64,000 bases of DNA from an uncultured virus (IMG/VR IMGVR_UViG_2852342079_000003) (taxonomy: Duplodnaviria > Heunggongvirae > Uroviricota > Caudoviricetes), in IMG/VR virus record IMGVR_UViG_2852342079_000003, one strand, 5' to 3'. Both the position numbers and the translations under genes were made by a program. Positions 48,295-58,345 of this stretch are shown here, one piece after another; positions within the stretch are counted from its first letter, which is position 1; each line of letters begins with the position of its first letter. Under the pieces are notes generated by a model. That model was not told where the DNA came from. It saw nothing but the letters and a program-made list of their open reading frames with translations, and did no database searches.

Positions 48295-50829
48295 CTAATT
48301 AGAGTGCGGTATACACTGAACAGGAATGGTTTGAGGTCGCATGTCAGTTTCATTGCGTGTCGCATGATATGTAAATGAGCATTTATCGTCATGATTTGGT
48401 CCCCATATCACATCAAGTTGACCTTGTTTAGGAAGACCGCGGGTAAATAAGCGTCCAGCTTGAGCCACATATCCGACTAACTGCTTATGCTCATCCAAAA
48501 CCTCGGAAGCCATTGGAGGAGTACTACCATCTGGCATTCGAATATCAAATAGTAGGCTTCTCCCTGTTTGAGTATTAAATGTCACTAACGTGGCACTATT
48601 AGCGCGAGGAATGATTTCTTGTTCTGTTGCTGATAACTCAACATTCAAATCCAAATTAGTGGGGTCGATGCTAATTTGATTTTTTTCATAAGGCGTGACA
48701 TAAGGCACAATACCATTTCCCCAAAAATCTAATCGGCTACCTGGTGCATTATTAATGACCGCACCTTGTGCTCCTTTTGCATGGATAATGGTAAAAGTAT
48801 CACTTAAATCATTACTTAACGTCACTCCATAAGGATGTACGACAACGGCCCCCGACGCACCCAATGACATTTGACGATTATGTTGAGTATCTTGCCCGAC
48901 GGTTGCGGTTACATTTACATAAGGTGAACGATAGCCTCCATTCATCGCATAGCCGGAAGGTCCACTTTCCTGACTATTACCTGAAATACCATAAGAGAAT
49001 TGATTATCTTCCCCAGCGATACCGCTGATGGATGTTTGAATGCTGTTTTTCTCGCCTTTATTATAATTTAAGACAGTAGAAAAAATGGGGCTTTGAACAC
49101 GCTCTCCCAAAGGAAGCGTAAAGTTCACATAAAATCTGTCATCTCGGCGTTGTTGCTCATTATCTCGTGATTGAGAAAAGCCAATCTGATAACCAAGTTT
49201 TTTCCAAAAATGGCTATATCCCATCTGATACTCATTACGACTTCCTTTATGCTCCCAGTAATTATAAGTGGTACCAGTTAAAAATATATTTCCCCATTTT
49301 TCACCTAATTCTTGATTAATTGAAACTTGGAATTGATTTTTAGGGCGATAAAATGCGGCACTTTTTATGGAAACATCATCAATAAATTCACTGTGATTAG
49401 CCAATAGCGCATCTTTCAAATGGTAAAAATCTTTAGATGAATAACGATAGGCTGCTAACGTGATATTTGTACTCGTGGTCGGAATATTGACGCTATAGCT
49501 AGTATGTAAACTGTAGCCTTTACGCGTTACGTTAGAGTGATTAAATGTTGTTCTGGACAATGTAATGTCAGATGCAATTGCCCCAATCGGCGTGTTAAAA
49601 GCAACACCAGCCAATCCTGCGGTATATTTTGAGCTTGTGGTCAGTCCACTATTTAAAGTGATATCATTTGTCAAACCATATTGATATGTGCCTTGTGCAA
49701 TTAAATCATGATATGTCTCATTTGCATAACGATAGCGTCCCACTGACATTTGCCAACGGCTAAATCCGGGACGAATAAGTTGGGCAACAGAAGCAAAAGG
49801 AACCGTAAATGTTCTTGTTTGTCCATTAGATTCGGTTATTTGCACAAGAAGGTCGCCAGCATATCCACTGGGATACAAATCATTAATGACAAAGGGGCCA
49901 GCAGGCACAGTTGTTTCATAAAGGATGTGAGCATTTTGATAAATCGTAACTTTAGCATTACTATTAGCAATGCCTCGCACGATCGGAGCGTAGCCACGTA
50001 AAGAGTTGGGTAACATTCGTTCATCCGATGCTAATCGAATTCCCCGTAAGCTAAGGCTATCCATTAACTCGCCATTCGTATAAAAATCACCTAATGTGAA
50101 TTGTGCCCGTAACCGAGCAATATCATGCGTCACATTTGTTTCGATATTCTGATACCCAGTAGAATGACCATTATTCCAGCTTTCACCACCACGGTGACGA
50201 AAAGCCCATCCCCATAAATTGAGTCCCGCTTTTAACCCAAGGTAAGTCTGCTCATTATTTATATCCGGAGTATTGTATTGATAATAGTTAACATCATAGT
50301 TGACAAATGCGGCAGGGACTCCACTTTGCCACTGTGCAGGGGCAATATATCCTCGAGGTCGAGTATTCACTTGTGCCTGAGGAATTTCTATATTCAGCTT
50401 TAAAGTGGATAAATCAAAATGAAATTTTGCTGAGGGGAGTCCTTCTGAGGCGGGATAACAAGTGGCTTTATAACTGTTTTCAGGAACAGTGCCTTTGACG
50501 ACATCAATTAATGAAAGTAATTCCGGCGTTAGACATAACGTCGACGTATTCGCATTGTCAGTATATAAATACTGTACATTAGCTTTTCCTTTCCATTCAT
50601 TATTGAGATAGATATCAGCGTAATACTTGCCCTCAGGAATAGGGTTGCCATAATTAAAGCGACGTATATCAATCGCATTCTTTCCTTGCACTGAATGCAA
50701 AAAGCTAGGATCAAATTCAGCTTCTTCAGCAGCGAATGAAGAAATTGTTATCACCCCAATCCCCAAAGCAACACAAAACGGAAGAGAATAACGATAAGAA
50801 ATGAGGTGTAACCGATTATTAAAATTCAT
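48295..50829 (-). CDS. ucaC: Fimbrial usher
   Basis: EFDPSFL, RG..LASDERMLP...RGYAP..RGIA, VPAGPF.I.DL. Confidence 0.9.
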   Translation of the reverse strand: MNFNNRLHLISYRYSLPFCVALGIGVITISSFAAEEAEFDPSFLHSVQGKNAIDIRRFNYGNPIPEGKYYADIYLNNEWKGKANVQYLYTDNANTSTLCLTPELLSLIDVVKGTVPENSYKATCYPASEGLPSAKFHFDLSTLKLNIEIPQAQVNTRPRGYIAPAQWQSGVPAAFVNYDVNYYQYNTPDINNEQTYLGLKAGLNLWGWAFRHRGGESWNNGHSTGYQNIETNVTHDIARLRAQFTLGDFYTNGELMDSLSLRGIRLASDERMLPNSLRGYAPIVRGIANSNAKVTIYQNAHILYETTVPAGPFVINDLYPSGYAGDLLVQITESNGQTRTFTVPFASVAQLIRPGFSRWQMSVGRYRYANETYHDLIAQGTYQYGLTNDITLNSGLTTSSKYTAGLAGVAFNTPIGAIASDITLSRTTFNHSNVTRKGYSLHTSYSVNIPTTSTNITLAAYRYSSKDFYHLKDALLANHSEFIDDVSIKSAAFYRPKNQFQVSINQELGEKWGNIFLTGTTYNYWEHKGSRNEYQMGYSHFWKKLGYQIGFSQSRDNEQQRRDDRFYVNFTLPLGERVQSPIFSTVLNYNKGEKNSIQTSISGIAGEDNQFSYGISGNSQESGPSGYAMNGGYRSPYVNVTATVGQDTQHNRQMSLGASGAVVVHPYGVTLSNDLSDTFTIIHAKGAQGAVINNAPGSRLDFWGNGIVPYVTPYEKNQISIDPTNLDLNVELSATEQEIIPRANSATLVTFNTQTGRSLLFDIRMPDGSTPPMASEVLDEHKQLVGYVAQAGRLFTRGLPKQGQLDVIWGPNHDDKCSFTYHATRNETDMRPQTIPVQCIPHSN

Positions 50830-50838
50830 TATATTACC

Positions 50839-51564
50839 TTATTCCAAAGTAGATTCACCTTGTTGGTATCCACCATAATCATTAACAACAACCCAAGTGA
50901 CTTTATTTGTTAATGTTGGCTTCTCTTTAAGTGAAAATATTTTTGAAGAAAAAGGAGCTATCATCCCACTTTGTTCAACAGGCGTTAGCTGTTTATCCTG
51001 ACCCACTGAGATTTTGTTGTAAGTGATGTAATAAGGTGTTGGGTTAATCGCTTTAATGCGTAGTGCTCCTTCCTGATGCCAAGTCACTTTTTGGTAAGCA
51101 TCATCAGGCGTTACGTTGAGATTATCAGGGCGAAAGAAAAACTTAATGCGACTACGAACGGCTAATTGTAAGTAATTGTTATTTCCCTCTGAGTTTTCCG
51201 AATTTTCTTCCACTTTAGGTTTTGCTGGAATGTCTAAGACATTTAGATAGAAAAGAGACTCTCTATCTTGTGGTAATGATTCACCGGTATAGACAATCCG
51301 GATGGTTTGCCCTGATTTCGGCTCCATACGAAATATGGGAGGAGTAATGATAAAAGGAACGTGAATTGAATCTGGTGCTGCAGCTGCGTTTCCGGTATCT
51401 AACCAAGACTGAATTAATGCGGGGGATTCATCGTTATTATTTAATTGAACATTAATGCTTTTTTGCGTTGCGGGATAAACAACGCGGGTCCCCATAATAA
51501 CCACACTGGCTTGAGCCACTGTGGATACAAACAGAGTCAAGAAAATAAGAATGAACTTTAACAT
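50839..51564 (-). CDS. ucaB: Fimbrial chaperone (PapD family)
   Basis: GTRVVYP, LIQSWLD, LPQDRESLFYLNV..IP, NPTPYYIT, NDYGG. Confidence 0.9.
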   Translation of the reverse strand: MLKFILIFLTLFVSTVAQASVVIMGTRVVYPATQKSINVQLNNNDESPALIQSWLDTGNAAAAPDSIHVPFIITPPIFRMEPKSGQTIRIVYTGESLPQDRESLFYLNVLDIPAKPKVEENSENSEGNNNYLQLAVRSRIKFFFRPDNLNVTPDDAYQKVTWHQEGALRIKAINPTPYYITYNKISVGQDKQLTPVEQSGMIAPFSSKIFSLKEKPTLTNKVTWVVVNDYGGYQQGESTLE

Positions 51565-51582
51565 AATACCTCTAGAAGGAAA

Positions 51583-51603
51583 TGGGGCAGTTTTTTCTGC
51601 CCC
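51583..51603 (-). terminator. Hairpin between major subunit and chaperone genes
   Basis: GGGGCAG..CTGCCCC; may attenuate transcription or stabilise ucaA mRNA. Confidence 0.5.
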
Positions 51604-51629
51604 GTAAAATAAAAGCAATCCAATAAACC

Positions 51630-52175
51630 TTACTCATAGGCAATGGTGTAATGAACGGTTGCTTTTACATCCCCAGCGGTAGATGATCCGGTTGCATAAT
51701 ATTGAGCAAAATATGGAAGGTTTACATCAGCATTGTCGATTTGTACTTCCTGAACATTTTGTGAGTTAACATCAGTACCTAACTGAATTGTTGTTGCTGC
51801 ATCTGAGTTAAGTAATTGAACTTGAACATTATTCGCTTTAGTTCCTGTTGCTGTATTTTTTAAATTATGTGTAGTTAAATCAGTATCAGCGGATGGTTCA
51901 AAATATACTTTAACGTTTTTAGCACCATCTTTATCTGTGGAACAACCAGTTAACTTAATTGTAAATGGAGTTAAGCCTGCTGTTGTTGCTACATTATTTA
52001 ATGTTGCGACTGAAACAGTCGGCAAAATAACAGCTAAATTTTTTGATTGGGTATCAACAGAACATGTTTGATCAACAACTTTACCTGTAAATGTAATTGT
52101 TCCGTCATACGCCATAGATGAGCCAGCAAATGCAGCAGAAAGAATAGTAGCTAGTGCTATAACTTTTCTTTTCAT
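51630..52175 (-). CDS. ucaA: Major fimbrial subunit (UCA / F17-like)
   Basis: Mature N-terminus YDGTITFTGKVVDQTCSV, AGDVKATVHYTIAYE ending. Confidence 0.85.
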   Translation of the reverse strand: MKRKVIALATILSAAFAGSSMAYDGTITFTGKVVDQTCSVDTQSKNLAVILPTVSVATLNNVATTAGLTPFTIKLTGCSTDKDGAKNVKVYFEPSADTDLTTHNLKNTATGTKANNVQVQLLNSDAATTIQLGTDVNSQNVQEVQIDNADVNLPYFAQYYATGSSTAGDVKATVHYTIAYE

Positions 52176-52668
52176 ATATTTATGATTCCTATTTTAAATT
52201 AAAGTTAAGTTATTTTTTGTTTTTCAAAAAAATGAAAAGTATTATTGAATAATAAAATATATATAATCCTATTAAATAGAGTTTATAGTGAGGTTTATAT
52301 TTGTAGATTATATAAATAATAAAGATATTAAGTTTTTTAATGGTGATGTAGCAAATATAAAAATAAATAATTGAAATTATTATTTCAAATATCACTTAAG
52401 TAAAGATGGTTTTTTCGATCGATGGCGTTGATTTTGATAGTTACGACCTATTAATGGTTGGTGAAATGATCGTTAAAATCGATCTTGTTATTGTTGTTCA
52501 ATGTGTTATATCAATGATTGATGATATATATATGAGAAGGTTATTAGTCAAAACTTGAGTTTTAATATAAATCAAATTGCTTAGCTCTTTCAGATATGGT
52601 GCAGAATTCCCATGTAGCAACTTCTTATTTTTTTCACTATAAAACACTAACCCTTTATTAAAATACAT

Positions 52669-52809
52669 TCATAAATGTGCTGGTTGTTGTCGTTCAACTT
52701 CGGACGCAACAATTGGCATGTTGAGCCGTTCTTTATATGCGACACCTGAAGCAGCCAAATCGACATTGATTTTGTCTTTTTCTTCTTGAGATAAGTTTGC
52801 GAGGTTCAT
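52669..52809 (-). pseudogene. holE: Truncated DNA polymerase III theta (HolE/Hot-like), not in ORF track
   Basis: [46 protein letters not shown] then TGA. Confidence 0.8.
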
Positions 52810-52867
52810 AACGGATCCGGTTAGTTTTTGGAGAGTATAGCAGGGTGGGAGAATTTAACAGAAAACA

Positions 52868-53090
52868 CACTCACTAAAACTTGTAATATATTGATTTATT
52901 TGTCCGGTATTGTCATGTTTTGTCGTATGTTTTCTCATCAATCATAGGGTCATTTATCCGTAATTTATTGATTTAGATACATAACTAAACTTATATAGAG
53001 CTTTCTTATATAAAGTGGTTGTTATAATTTGTACATATAAATCAAATAATTAAAATAACTACTCATTACCACTCACTATTGACTCATAAT
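52868..53090. other. attP-like junction between tandem prophages
   Basis: Arm-type ACTCA-Y-TA repeats, three IHF consensus matches, core GAGCTTT-CTTATAT-AAAGTGG at 52998-53018. Confidence 0.75.
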
Positions 53091-54079
53091 TCAATATAGT
53101 CACTACCTCTATTATCAAGATACCTGTCAGTCATTTGCATGGACTTATGACCAAGTATCTTTTTGGCAAATTCGGCTCCTTTTTCATCTTCATATAACCT
53201 TGCTGATAAACTCCTTATCTCATGGAATGTTGGCATATTGTCTTTTTGAGGTAAGGATTGCAAGAAAGCCTTTCTTATGGATTGAGCTTTAACGCCACAG
53301 ATAAAATCACCTTTCTTTTCTATATTACCAAGCACTTCTTTTATAGAGACATTAACAGCATCGATTTTTAAGGACGTCGGTATTGATATTTTTGCTCCCG
53401 TTTTAATTTGAGTTATATATATCCTATCATTTTTTATATCACTCCATTTCATATTTTCTATATCACTAATTCGTTGTGCTGTAAGTAATGCTAGTAAAAA
53501 TAAATTTTTGTATTTTTTATTTGTATGATTTATTGCGTAATTAAAATCATCCAAGGTTAATCTAGCTCTATTAACCTGTGTTTTCGGTGCTCTAGTTACC
53601 GATACAGGATTTTCATTTAGTAAACCTTCTGCTATAGCTTCATTAAATGCATCAAGCAGAGTGACCCTCATTAACTTTGCCATAGAGCGTTTAGAATAAT
53701 TTGAGATAAAGCTAGCAATATCCTTTGTGGTTATTTCATTGAGCGGAGCGTCAGCAATATTTAACTTGATTATTTTTATTTTAGAGTTGTAATCATATAA
53801 CGTTTTTTCCCTCAATCCTCTTTTCTTTAACCCATCTTGATATTTATCCAACCACTCATGCAATGTTACACAGTGAATATTATTAATTCTGTCAACTAAT
53901 GACTCTTTAGGTTTGTAAATAGCTAAATTGGCTTGAATGGCTTCGGTTATTGCCAATGATTTGTTTGAGCCAACAGAAAATTCCTTTTTAGTTCTTACAT
54001 CCCTGTAATAGTAAATCCCTTTACGCAAATACAAGTTAGGCGGTAAACCCTTGTTCTTTGCACTTCTGCTTCTGCCCAT
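53084..54079 (-). CDS. int: Lambda-type tyrosine integrase, second copy
   Basis: Differs from first copy at two visible residues (NNVH/NNIH, RKKT/REKT). Confidence 0.95.
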   Translation of the reverse strand: MGRSRSAKNKGLPPNLYLRKGIYYYRDVRTKKEFSVGSNKSLAITEAIQANLAIYKPKESLVDRINNIHCVTLHEWLDKYQDGLKKRGLREKTLYDYNSKIKIIKLNIADAPLNEITTKDIASFISNYSKRSMAKLMRVTLLDAFNEAIAEGLLNENPVSVTRAPKTQVNRARLTLDDFNYAINHTNKKYKNLFLLALLTAQRISDIENMKWSDIKNDRIYITQIKTGAKISIPTSLKIDAVNVSIKEVLGNIEKKGDFICGVKAQSIRKAFLQSLPQKDNMPTFHEIRSLSARLYEDEKGAEFAKKILGHKSMQMTDRYLDNRGSDYIEL

Positions 54080-54281
54080 TAATTTTCTCCATTAAATACT
54101 GCGGTTCCCTTACCATTTTGTCATTTGTTAGAATTGTCCACGGCTCTAACTCATATTCTCTGCCAACCTTTTCAGGGGTAGGGTATAACCTACCTTCCTT
54201 TATATAGCGAGATAATTGCCGTGGACTTCTAGGTTTGGCGAAATATTTATTATTCCATTCTGATAATGTAATTCGTTTCAT
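54036..54281 (-). CDS. xis: Excisionase, second copy
   Basis: Three visible residue differences from first copy. Confidence 0.9.
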   Translation of the reverse strand: MKRITLSEWNNKYFAKPRSPRQLSRYIKEGRLYPTPEKVGREYELEPWTILTNDKMVREPQYLMEKINGQKQKCKEQGFTA

Positions 54282-54622
54282 TGATTATTCTCCGTATCCT
54301 TCATCATTAAAAAAACTTCCATAGCGCCACGGTATGGGTTTTTATTTACTGACATGAAGTCATAATCAAGGCAGTCAGCTGTCCATTTATTAGAATGGTA
54401 CATTGGTGATAACCCTATTTTATTTTCAATAATAATCGGCATTGCGTCTGATGGGTTATTGCATGGGGCGAAAAAGCGATAACCAAACGAGCCATCAACA
54501 AGGAATTGGATAATATCCATTGTTTGTTTAATTACATCGTATTGCGTTTCAGGTAAAACAGATTGAGCTACTAATAAATTAATCTCGAAATCAGATAGTT
54601 CGGTGTATTTATTCATTATCAT
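54278..54622 (-). CDS. NinX-family phage protein
   Basis: Copy of 1195-1539. Confidence 0.75.
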   Translation of the reverse strand: MIMNKYTELSDFEINLLVAQSVLPETQYDVIKQTMDIIQFLVDGSFGYRFFAPCNNPSDAMPIIIENKIGLSPMYHSNKWTADCLDYDFMSVNKNPYRGAMEVFLMMKDTENNQ

Positions 54623-54785
54623 CTCCTAGTATTTCATTAATAGTATTTCTGATGTCAATTAAGTCTTGTTTTGTCACATCCATATTCCAAGATGGAGTAT
54701 TTAAAATAAAACAATCTTTTGTTGTAGGTTCAATCTCAATACAATCTTTGTAATTTTCCAAGCCAGCATAATATTTATCTTTCAT
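54609..54785 (-). CDS. Hypothetical protein
   Basis: Copy of 1526-1702. Confidence 0.6.
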   Translation of the reverse strand: MKDKYYAGLENYKDCIEIEPTTKDCFILNTPSWNMDVTKQDLIDIRNTINEILGDDNE

Positions 54786-54936
54786 TCCATACCTCTCCAC
54801 AAACAACTTTAACATTCCTCACTGACATTAAATATTCAGCACGTTTATTGCATTCCGATTGCGTATAAATATCTTCCGTTACAGGCACAGCAGAACCCTG
54901 TATTAGTATGAGTAATACATATCCGATTATTTGCAT
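54775..54936 (-). CDS. Small hypothetical protein, 53 aa
   Basis: Copy of 1692-1853. Confidence 0.6.
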   Translation of the reverse strand: MQIIGYVLLILIQGSAVPVTEDIYTQSECNKRAEYLMSVRNVKVVCGEVWNER

Positions 54937-54942
54937 GGGTAT

Positions 54943-55188
54943 TTATTTAGAATATTTAATTAGAATTTCTTTAATCCAATTTTCAGCCTCGTCATTACAT
55001 GACAAAACATTTTCCATCATTAATTCAATATCTATTGATTCGTTTGCAACGAGAGATAATGTATTCATAAACATTGCGAACTGGCATTCGTCACATTCAA
55101 TAAAGTTTGCTTTATATGAGCTAATTAAATGATTGCGAGCATATAGAACACCTAATTTCATTTGTTCTCTATTATATTCATTATTCAT
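54943..55188 (-). CDS. Hypothetical protein
   Basis: Tightly packed left-operon ORF. Confidence 0.55.
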   Translation of the reverse strand: MNNEYNREQMKLGVLYARNHLISSYKANFIECDECQFAMFMNTLSLVANESIDIELMMENVLSCNDEAENWIKEILIKYSK

Positions 55189-55453
55189 CTTTTATTTTCA
55201 CTCCATTGCTGATTAAGCTGTGTCTTATGGCTGTTGATAACGCTGAACGTAAGCATTGACACCCTTGATATTTAATAGCCGTATCTCTTGCGGTATTAAC
55301 AAGCTCTCTTAGTTGATGATGTTTAATTTCTGGCTCAGCACTTTCGCGCGATGCTTCCCACACCATCCACATGACAGGGATAATACCTTTTACCCAAGGG
55401 TAATCACCTTTACTTATAAATGCTTCAAATTGCTGCCTTGATTTATCCATCAA
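55181..55453 (-). CDS. Hypothetical phage protein
   Basis: MDKSRQQFEA..W..WEASR pattern common in lambdoid early genes. Confidence 0.6.
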   Translation of the reverse strand: MMDKSRQQFEAFISKGDYPWVKGIIPVMWMVWEASRESAEPEIKHHQLRELVNTARDTAIKYQGCQCLRSALSTAIRHSLISNGVKIKDE

Positions 55454-55629
55454 TCCACCTTATTTAATATATCAAATCCTGATTTTGTTAGTGTCCATCC
55501 AAGGATGGTCTGTCTAATTAACCCTTTTTTCTCAAAAGACTTAAGTGTTCTACCATCAATTCCAGCGCCAAACTTATCTCTCACAATATCCAGTGTTTTA
55601 ATTTGCTTGCCTGTTAATTTCATATTCAT
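55450..55629 (-). CDS. Small hypothetical protein (MNMKLTGKQIKTL...), not in ORF track
   Basis: Translated by hand; starts in conserved linker with GAGG RBS. Confidence 0.55.
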   Translation of the reverse strand: MNMKLTGKQIKTLDIVRDKFGAGIDGRTLKSFEKKGLIRQTILGWTLTKSGFDILNKVD

Positions 55630-55658
55630 TCCTCTTCATTGCATCCCTGCGAGTTAAA

Positions 55659-55985
55659 TTAAGCTGTCCGTAGCTTTTCAATTTCTGGATATAACTCACG
55701 AGTTATTTTTAACGCCCGCTCGGTGCTTACTGCGCCTTCCATTTGTTTATTAAACCAAGCGTTAATATCTCCAGTATTGCTTTTCATCTCTTCGTAAAAC
55801 TCTGAGTCAATCCACTGGAATATGCTTTGCGCCCACAAGTGAGCCTCTTTGGAATTATTTTCTGAAAGGTAATGCTCAATCACTAAAAGTAATAAATTTA
55901 GTCTGTGTAACTCCCACTCATATACGTGACCTCTAGCTACTTCTTGTTGAAGTGCGTTAATCTCTTCTTTGAGTTTATCTGTCAT
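55659..55985 (-). CDS. Hypothetical protein (MTDKLKEE...)
   Basis: CAGGAG RBS in conserved linker. Confidence 0.6.
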   Translation of the reverse strand: MTDKLKEEINALQQEVARGHVYEWELHRLNLLLLVIEHYLSENNSKEAHLWAQSIFQWIDSEFYEEMKSNTGDINAWFNKQMEGAVSTERALKITRELYPEIEKLRTA

Positions 55986-56018
55986 ATCTATCTCCTGTTT
56001 GCATCCTTGCACTGAGTC

Positions 56019-56357
56019 CTAATTCCAATTAGAGATTTCTTCTTCGATTAAGTCATCTATTTCGTCGTTAGTAGCTTCTTCGTTGAGAAACAAACGTGCT
56101 TCGGTAATGTACTTCTCTCGGTTCTCGTCAAAGAACTTTGAAAATTCAGGTGACCATCCATGGCGTTTACCATCAAAATCAACGTGAGCATTACCCTCTG
56201 CCATGTTTAGAATCATCATGTCAGCAGTAATAACGCCACATTCACGACAAAATCCTTTTAAGTCGCGTTTTCTGAAATAAGGTGAAACCTTCGAATCGCA
56301 AACATCTTTAAATCTCAGTTTCCAACGACGAATACAGCGACCATGTAGCGTTTTCAT
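56019..56357 (-). CDS. Hypothetical phage protein
   Basis: ORF filling the slot between two conserved linkers. Confidence 0.6.
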   Translation of the reverse strand: MKTLHGRCIRRWKLRFKDVCDSKVSPYFRKRDLKGFCRECGVITADMMILNMAEGNAHVDFDGKRHGWSPEFSKFFDENREKYITEARLFLNEEATNDEIDDLIEEEISNWN

Positions 56358-56372
56358 GGTTATACCCTTTGG

Positions 56373-56870
56373 TTAAATCACATAAATAGCGTGGCGTGGG
56401 TAGGGGAGTCCGATAGGGGCAAAGGGGATGTCGTCATCGAAATCCATTGGTGGTTGACTACTCTGTGCTTGAGGTTGAGCCGGTGGCGGGTTTTGCTGTG
56501 CCGGTTGTGAACCTGCTGATTTACTAGCACCACCTAGCATTTGCATTGAACCGCCAATCTTTACAACAATTTCTGTTGTATAGCGTTTAACGCCGTTATC
56601 ATCCCACTCGCGCGTTTGTAGTTGGCCCTCGATATAAACTTGCGAGCCTTTACATAAATAGCCACTGGCGATATCAGCGAGTTTTCCAAACAGAACGACA
56701 CGATGCCATTCTGTTTTTTCGCGATTTTCACCTGTTTGTTTGTCACGCCATTTTTCTGATGTGGCCACAGCTAAATTGGCAACAGCACCACCAGAAGGAA
56801 GATAACGAATTTCAGGATCACGCCCTAAATTGCCGATAAGAATTACTTTGTTTACTGATCCGTTAGCCAT
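56373..56870 (-). CDS. ssb: Single-stranded DNA-binding protein
   Basis: [33 protein letters not shown] with extension. Confidence 0.92.
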   Translation of the reverse strand: MANGSVNKVILIGNLGRDPEIRYLPSGGAVANLAVATSEKWRDKQTGENREKTEWHRVVLFGKLADIASGYLCKGSQVYIEGQLQTREWDDNGVKRYTTEIVVKIGGSMQMLGGASKSAGSQPAQQNPPPAQPQAQSSQPPMDFDDDIPFAPIGLPYPRHAIYVI

Positions 56871-57396
56871 TCTCAACCCCCTTATAAAATTCATTAAAAC
56901 GGCGTAAGAATAGGAATTTTGCTTGTCGAGGGGGTAGCGGGGTGACAGCAAAATCGCTAGCTGGAATACCTTCAAGCATTAACCAGTTACTACCTGCATC
57001 AATGTCTAAATCACGCTTTTCTGTAGCTAACATCATTAGATCTGCAAAATGGACTTCATCAGACATATTTTCAGGTAATCCAAACTTTTTGCGGATCATC
57101 TTTTCCACACGCAATTCAATTAATTTATATTCAGGCAATAACTTTTTAAGTGGTGACGGTAGGTCTTTGACATAAGCTTCACTGGCATCATGAAGTAGGG
57201 CCTCTAAAGCAAATTCAGGTGCAACTAAATAACTTGCATATACAGAATGCTGAGCAACAGAATAGAAATTATCAATCTGTCCATTAAAGCGACACTCATT
57301 AGCTAAACCTGTCGCAATATCTTGAATGTCTATATCTTCGATCCGTACATCGAGGTAATAGAAATGTTTATTTGTTGCTGTTGCAATATAAGACAT
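56863..57396 (-). CDS. HD-domain hydrolase (YfdR/YfbR-like)
   Basis: CRFNG...[20 protein letters not shown]. Confidence 0.85.
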   Translation of the reverse strand: MSYIATATNKHFYYLDVRIEDIDIQDIATGLANECRFNGQIDNFYSVAQHSVYASYLVAPEFALEALLHDASEAYVKDLPSPLKKLLPEYKLIELRVEKMIRKKFGLPENMSDEVHFADLMMLATEKRDLDIDAGSNWLMLEGIPASDFAVTPLPPRQAKFLFLRRFNEFYKGVENG

Positions 57397-57452
57397 TATT
57401 CTCTCCACACAATTTACAAATGCCACCAAGTTAGTGGCATTTGTGCGATTAA

Positions 57453-58280
57453 TTACGCTGAAAATTTACCAATGAATGTTTCGATTTTGCTTTCATTGAA
57501 TTCATTGCAAAGCATATCTCGAAACTCTTGAGCGATTTGTTCTTCAAGTTTTTCAAGTTGAATGATTCGAAGAACTAAAACGGGAATATCATCACCAGTG
57601 AGTACGCTATAACGTAATTTAATGCTACGTTCTTTTAATTCGTCATAAGGAGTACAAGTAAACTGGAATGTAGCAGGCATAATGTCTTTGCTTCTTGCTT
57701 CAACATTTTCTAACACTGAGCGTTTAGCACTAAAATCAGCATTTTCATGTTCAGCAGAGCGTGTTGATTCAATCGTAATACGACGAACAGCAGAAATAGC
57801 TTGTTTGATATCTAAAACATTACCGTCAGCATCAAATGCCATTAAATAATCGTGCCAATCTTCTAACCACTCGGCTAATTGTTTTTGACGATATTTAACA
57901 CCATCCATTTTTAATAATGCTGTGAATGGGGCGGTTTGTTTTAATTTCACAATAGCAGTGTTATCAGCATGACCTGCTTTACCTATTGTGCCGAGATTAA
58001 AAATAGTTTCGGCACTCATTTCATCGGCATCAATAAAGCAGCTAACACCTTCATCAATTGCATTCTTGATTGAGTATTTAACAAAGTCGCTGATACTGGT
58101 TGTTTTCATTTCCCCGCGAAAACGGAAACGACCTTCTTGTAAATTTTCTAAACTACTTACTTCAAAGTCATTCGGAAGCACAATCGCTGGACAAAGAGAT
58201 TTTTCTATTGCTTCGAGGCTTAATGAAGCCACGGTCATATCTTGAATTTGCGAAATAGCATTACCGTCTAATTGAGACAT
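57453..58280 (-). CDS. YfdQ/DUF2303-family protein
   Basis: RFRFRG, GHADN.A, LAEWLEDW, TFIGKFSA. Confidence 0.85.
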   Translation of the reverse strand: MSQLDGNAISQIQDMTVASLSLEAIEKSLCPAIVLPNDFEVSSLENLQEGRFRFRGEMKTTSISDFVKYSIKNAIDEGVSCFIDADEMSAETIFNLGTIGKAGHADNTAIVKLKQTAPFTALLKMDGVKYRQKQLAEWLEDWHDYLMAFDADGNVLDIKQAISAVRRITIESTRSAEHENADFSAKRSVLENVEARSKDIMPATFQFTCTPYDELKERSIKLRYSVLTGDDIPVLVLRIIQLEKLEEQIAQEFRDMLCNEFNESKIETFIGKFSA

Positions 58281-58345
58281 GAGTAGACTCCTACTTATTT
58301 AAAAGTATTAAATTAAATGGATAGGTTTAATTAAAAATAAGAAAA

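Larger units (their letters stand above)
1..53011. mobile_element. Lambdoid siphovirus-type prophage 1 (left att lies just outside the window)
   Basis: Canonical lambdoid gene order from int to tail, ending at an att core at 52998-53018. Confidence 0.92.
53084..54936. repeat. Near-identical copy of 1-1853 (int, xis, ninX and two small ORFs)
   Basis: Direct sequence match with scattered substitutions. Confidence 0.95.

Noticed and set aside
18826..50714. Numerous short ORFs antisense to or nested in terminase, portal, tape measure, J and usher genes
   Set aside because: Shadow frames of well-supported genes without RBS or recognisable motifs
52210..52395. 61-aa Ile/Tyr-rich ORF upstream of ucaA
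   Set aside because: Low-complexity product of AT-rich promoter DNA, no RBS
53084..54936. Duplicated int/xis block as an assembly artefact or circular overlap
   Set aside because: The copies differ by scattered substitutions and continue into different genes, and the junction has coherent attP structure; long reads would still be the final test
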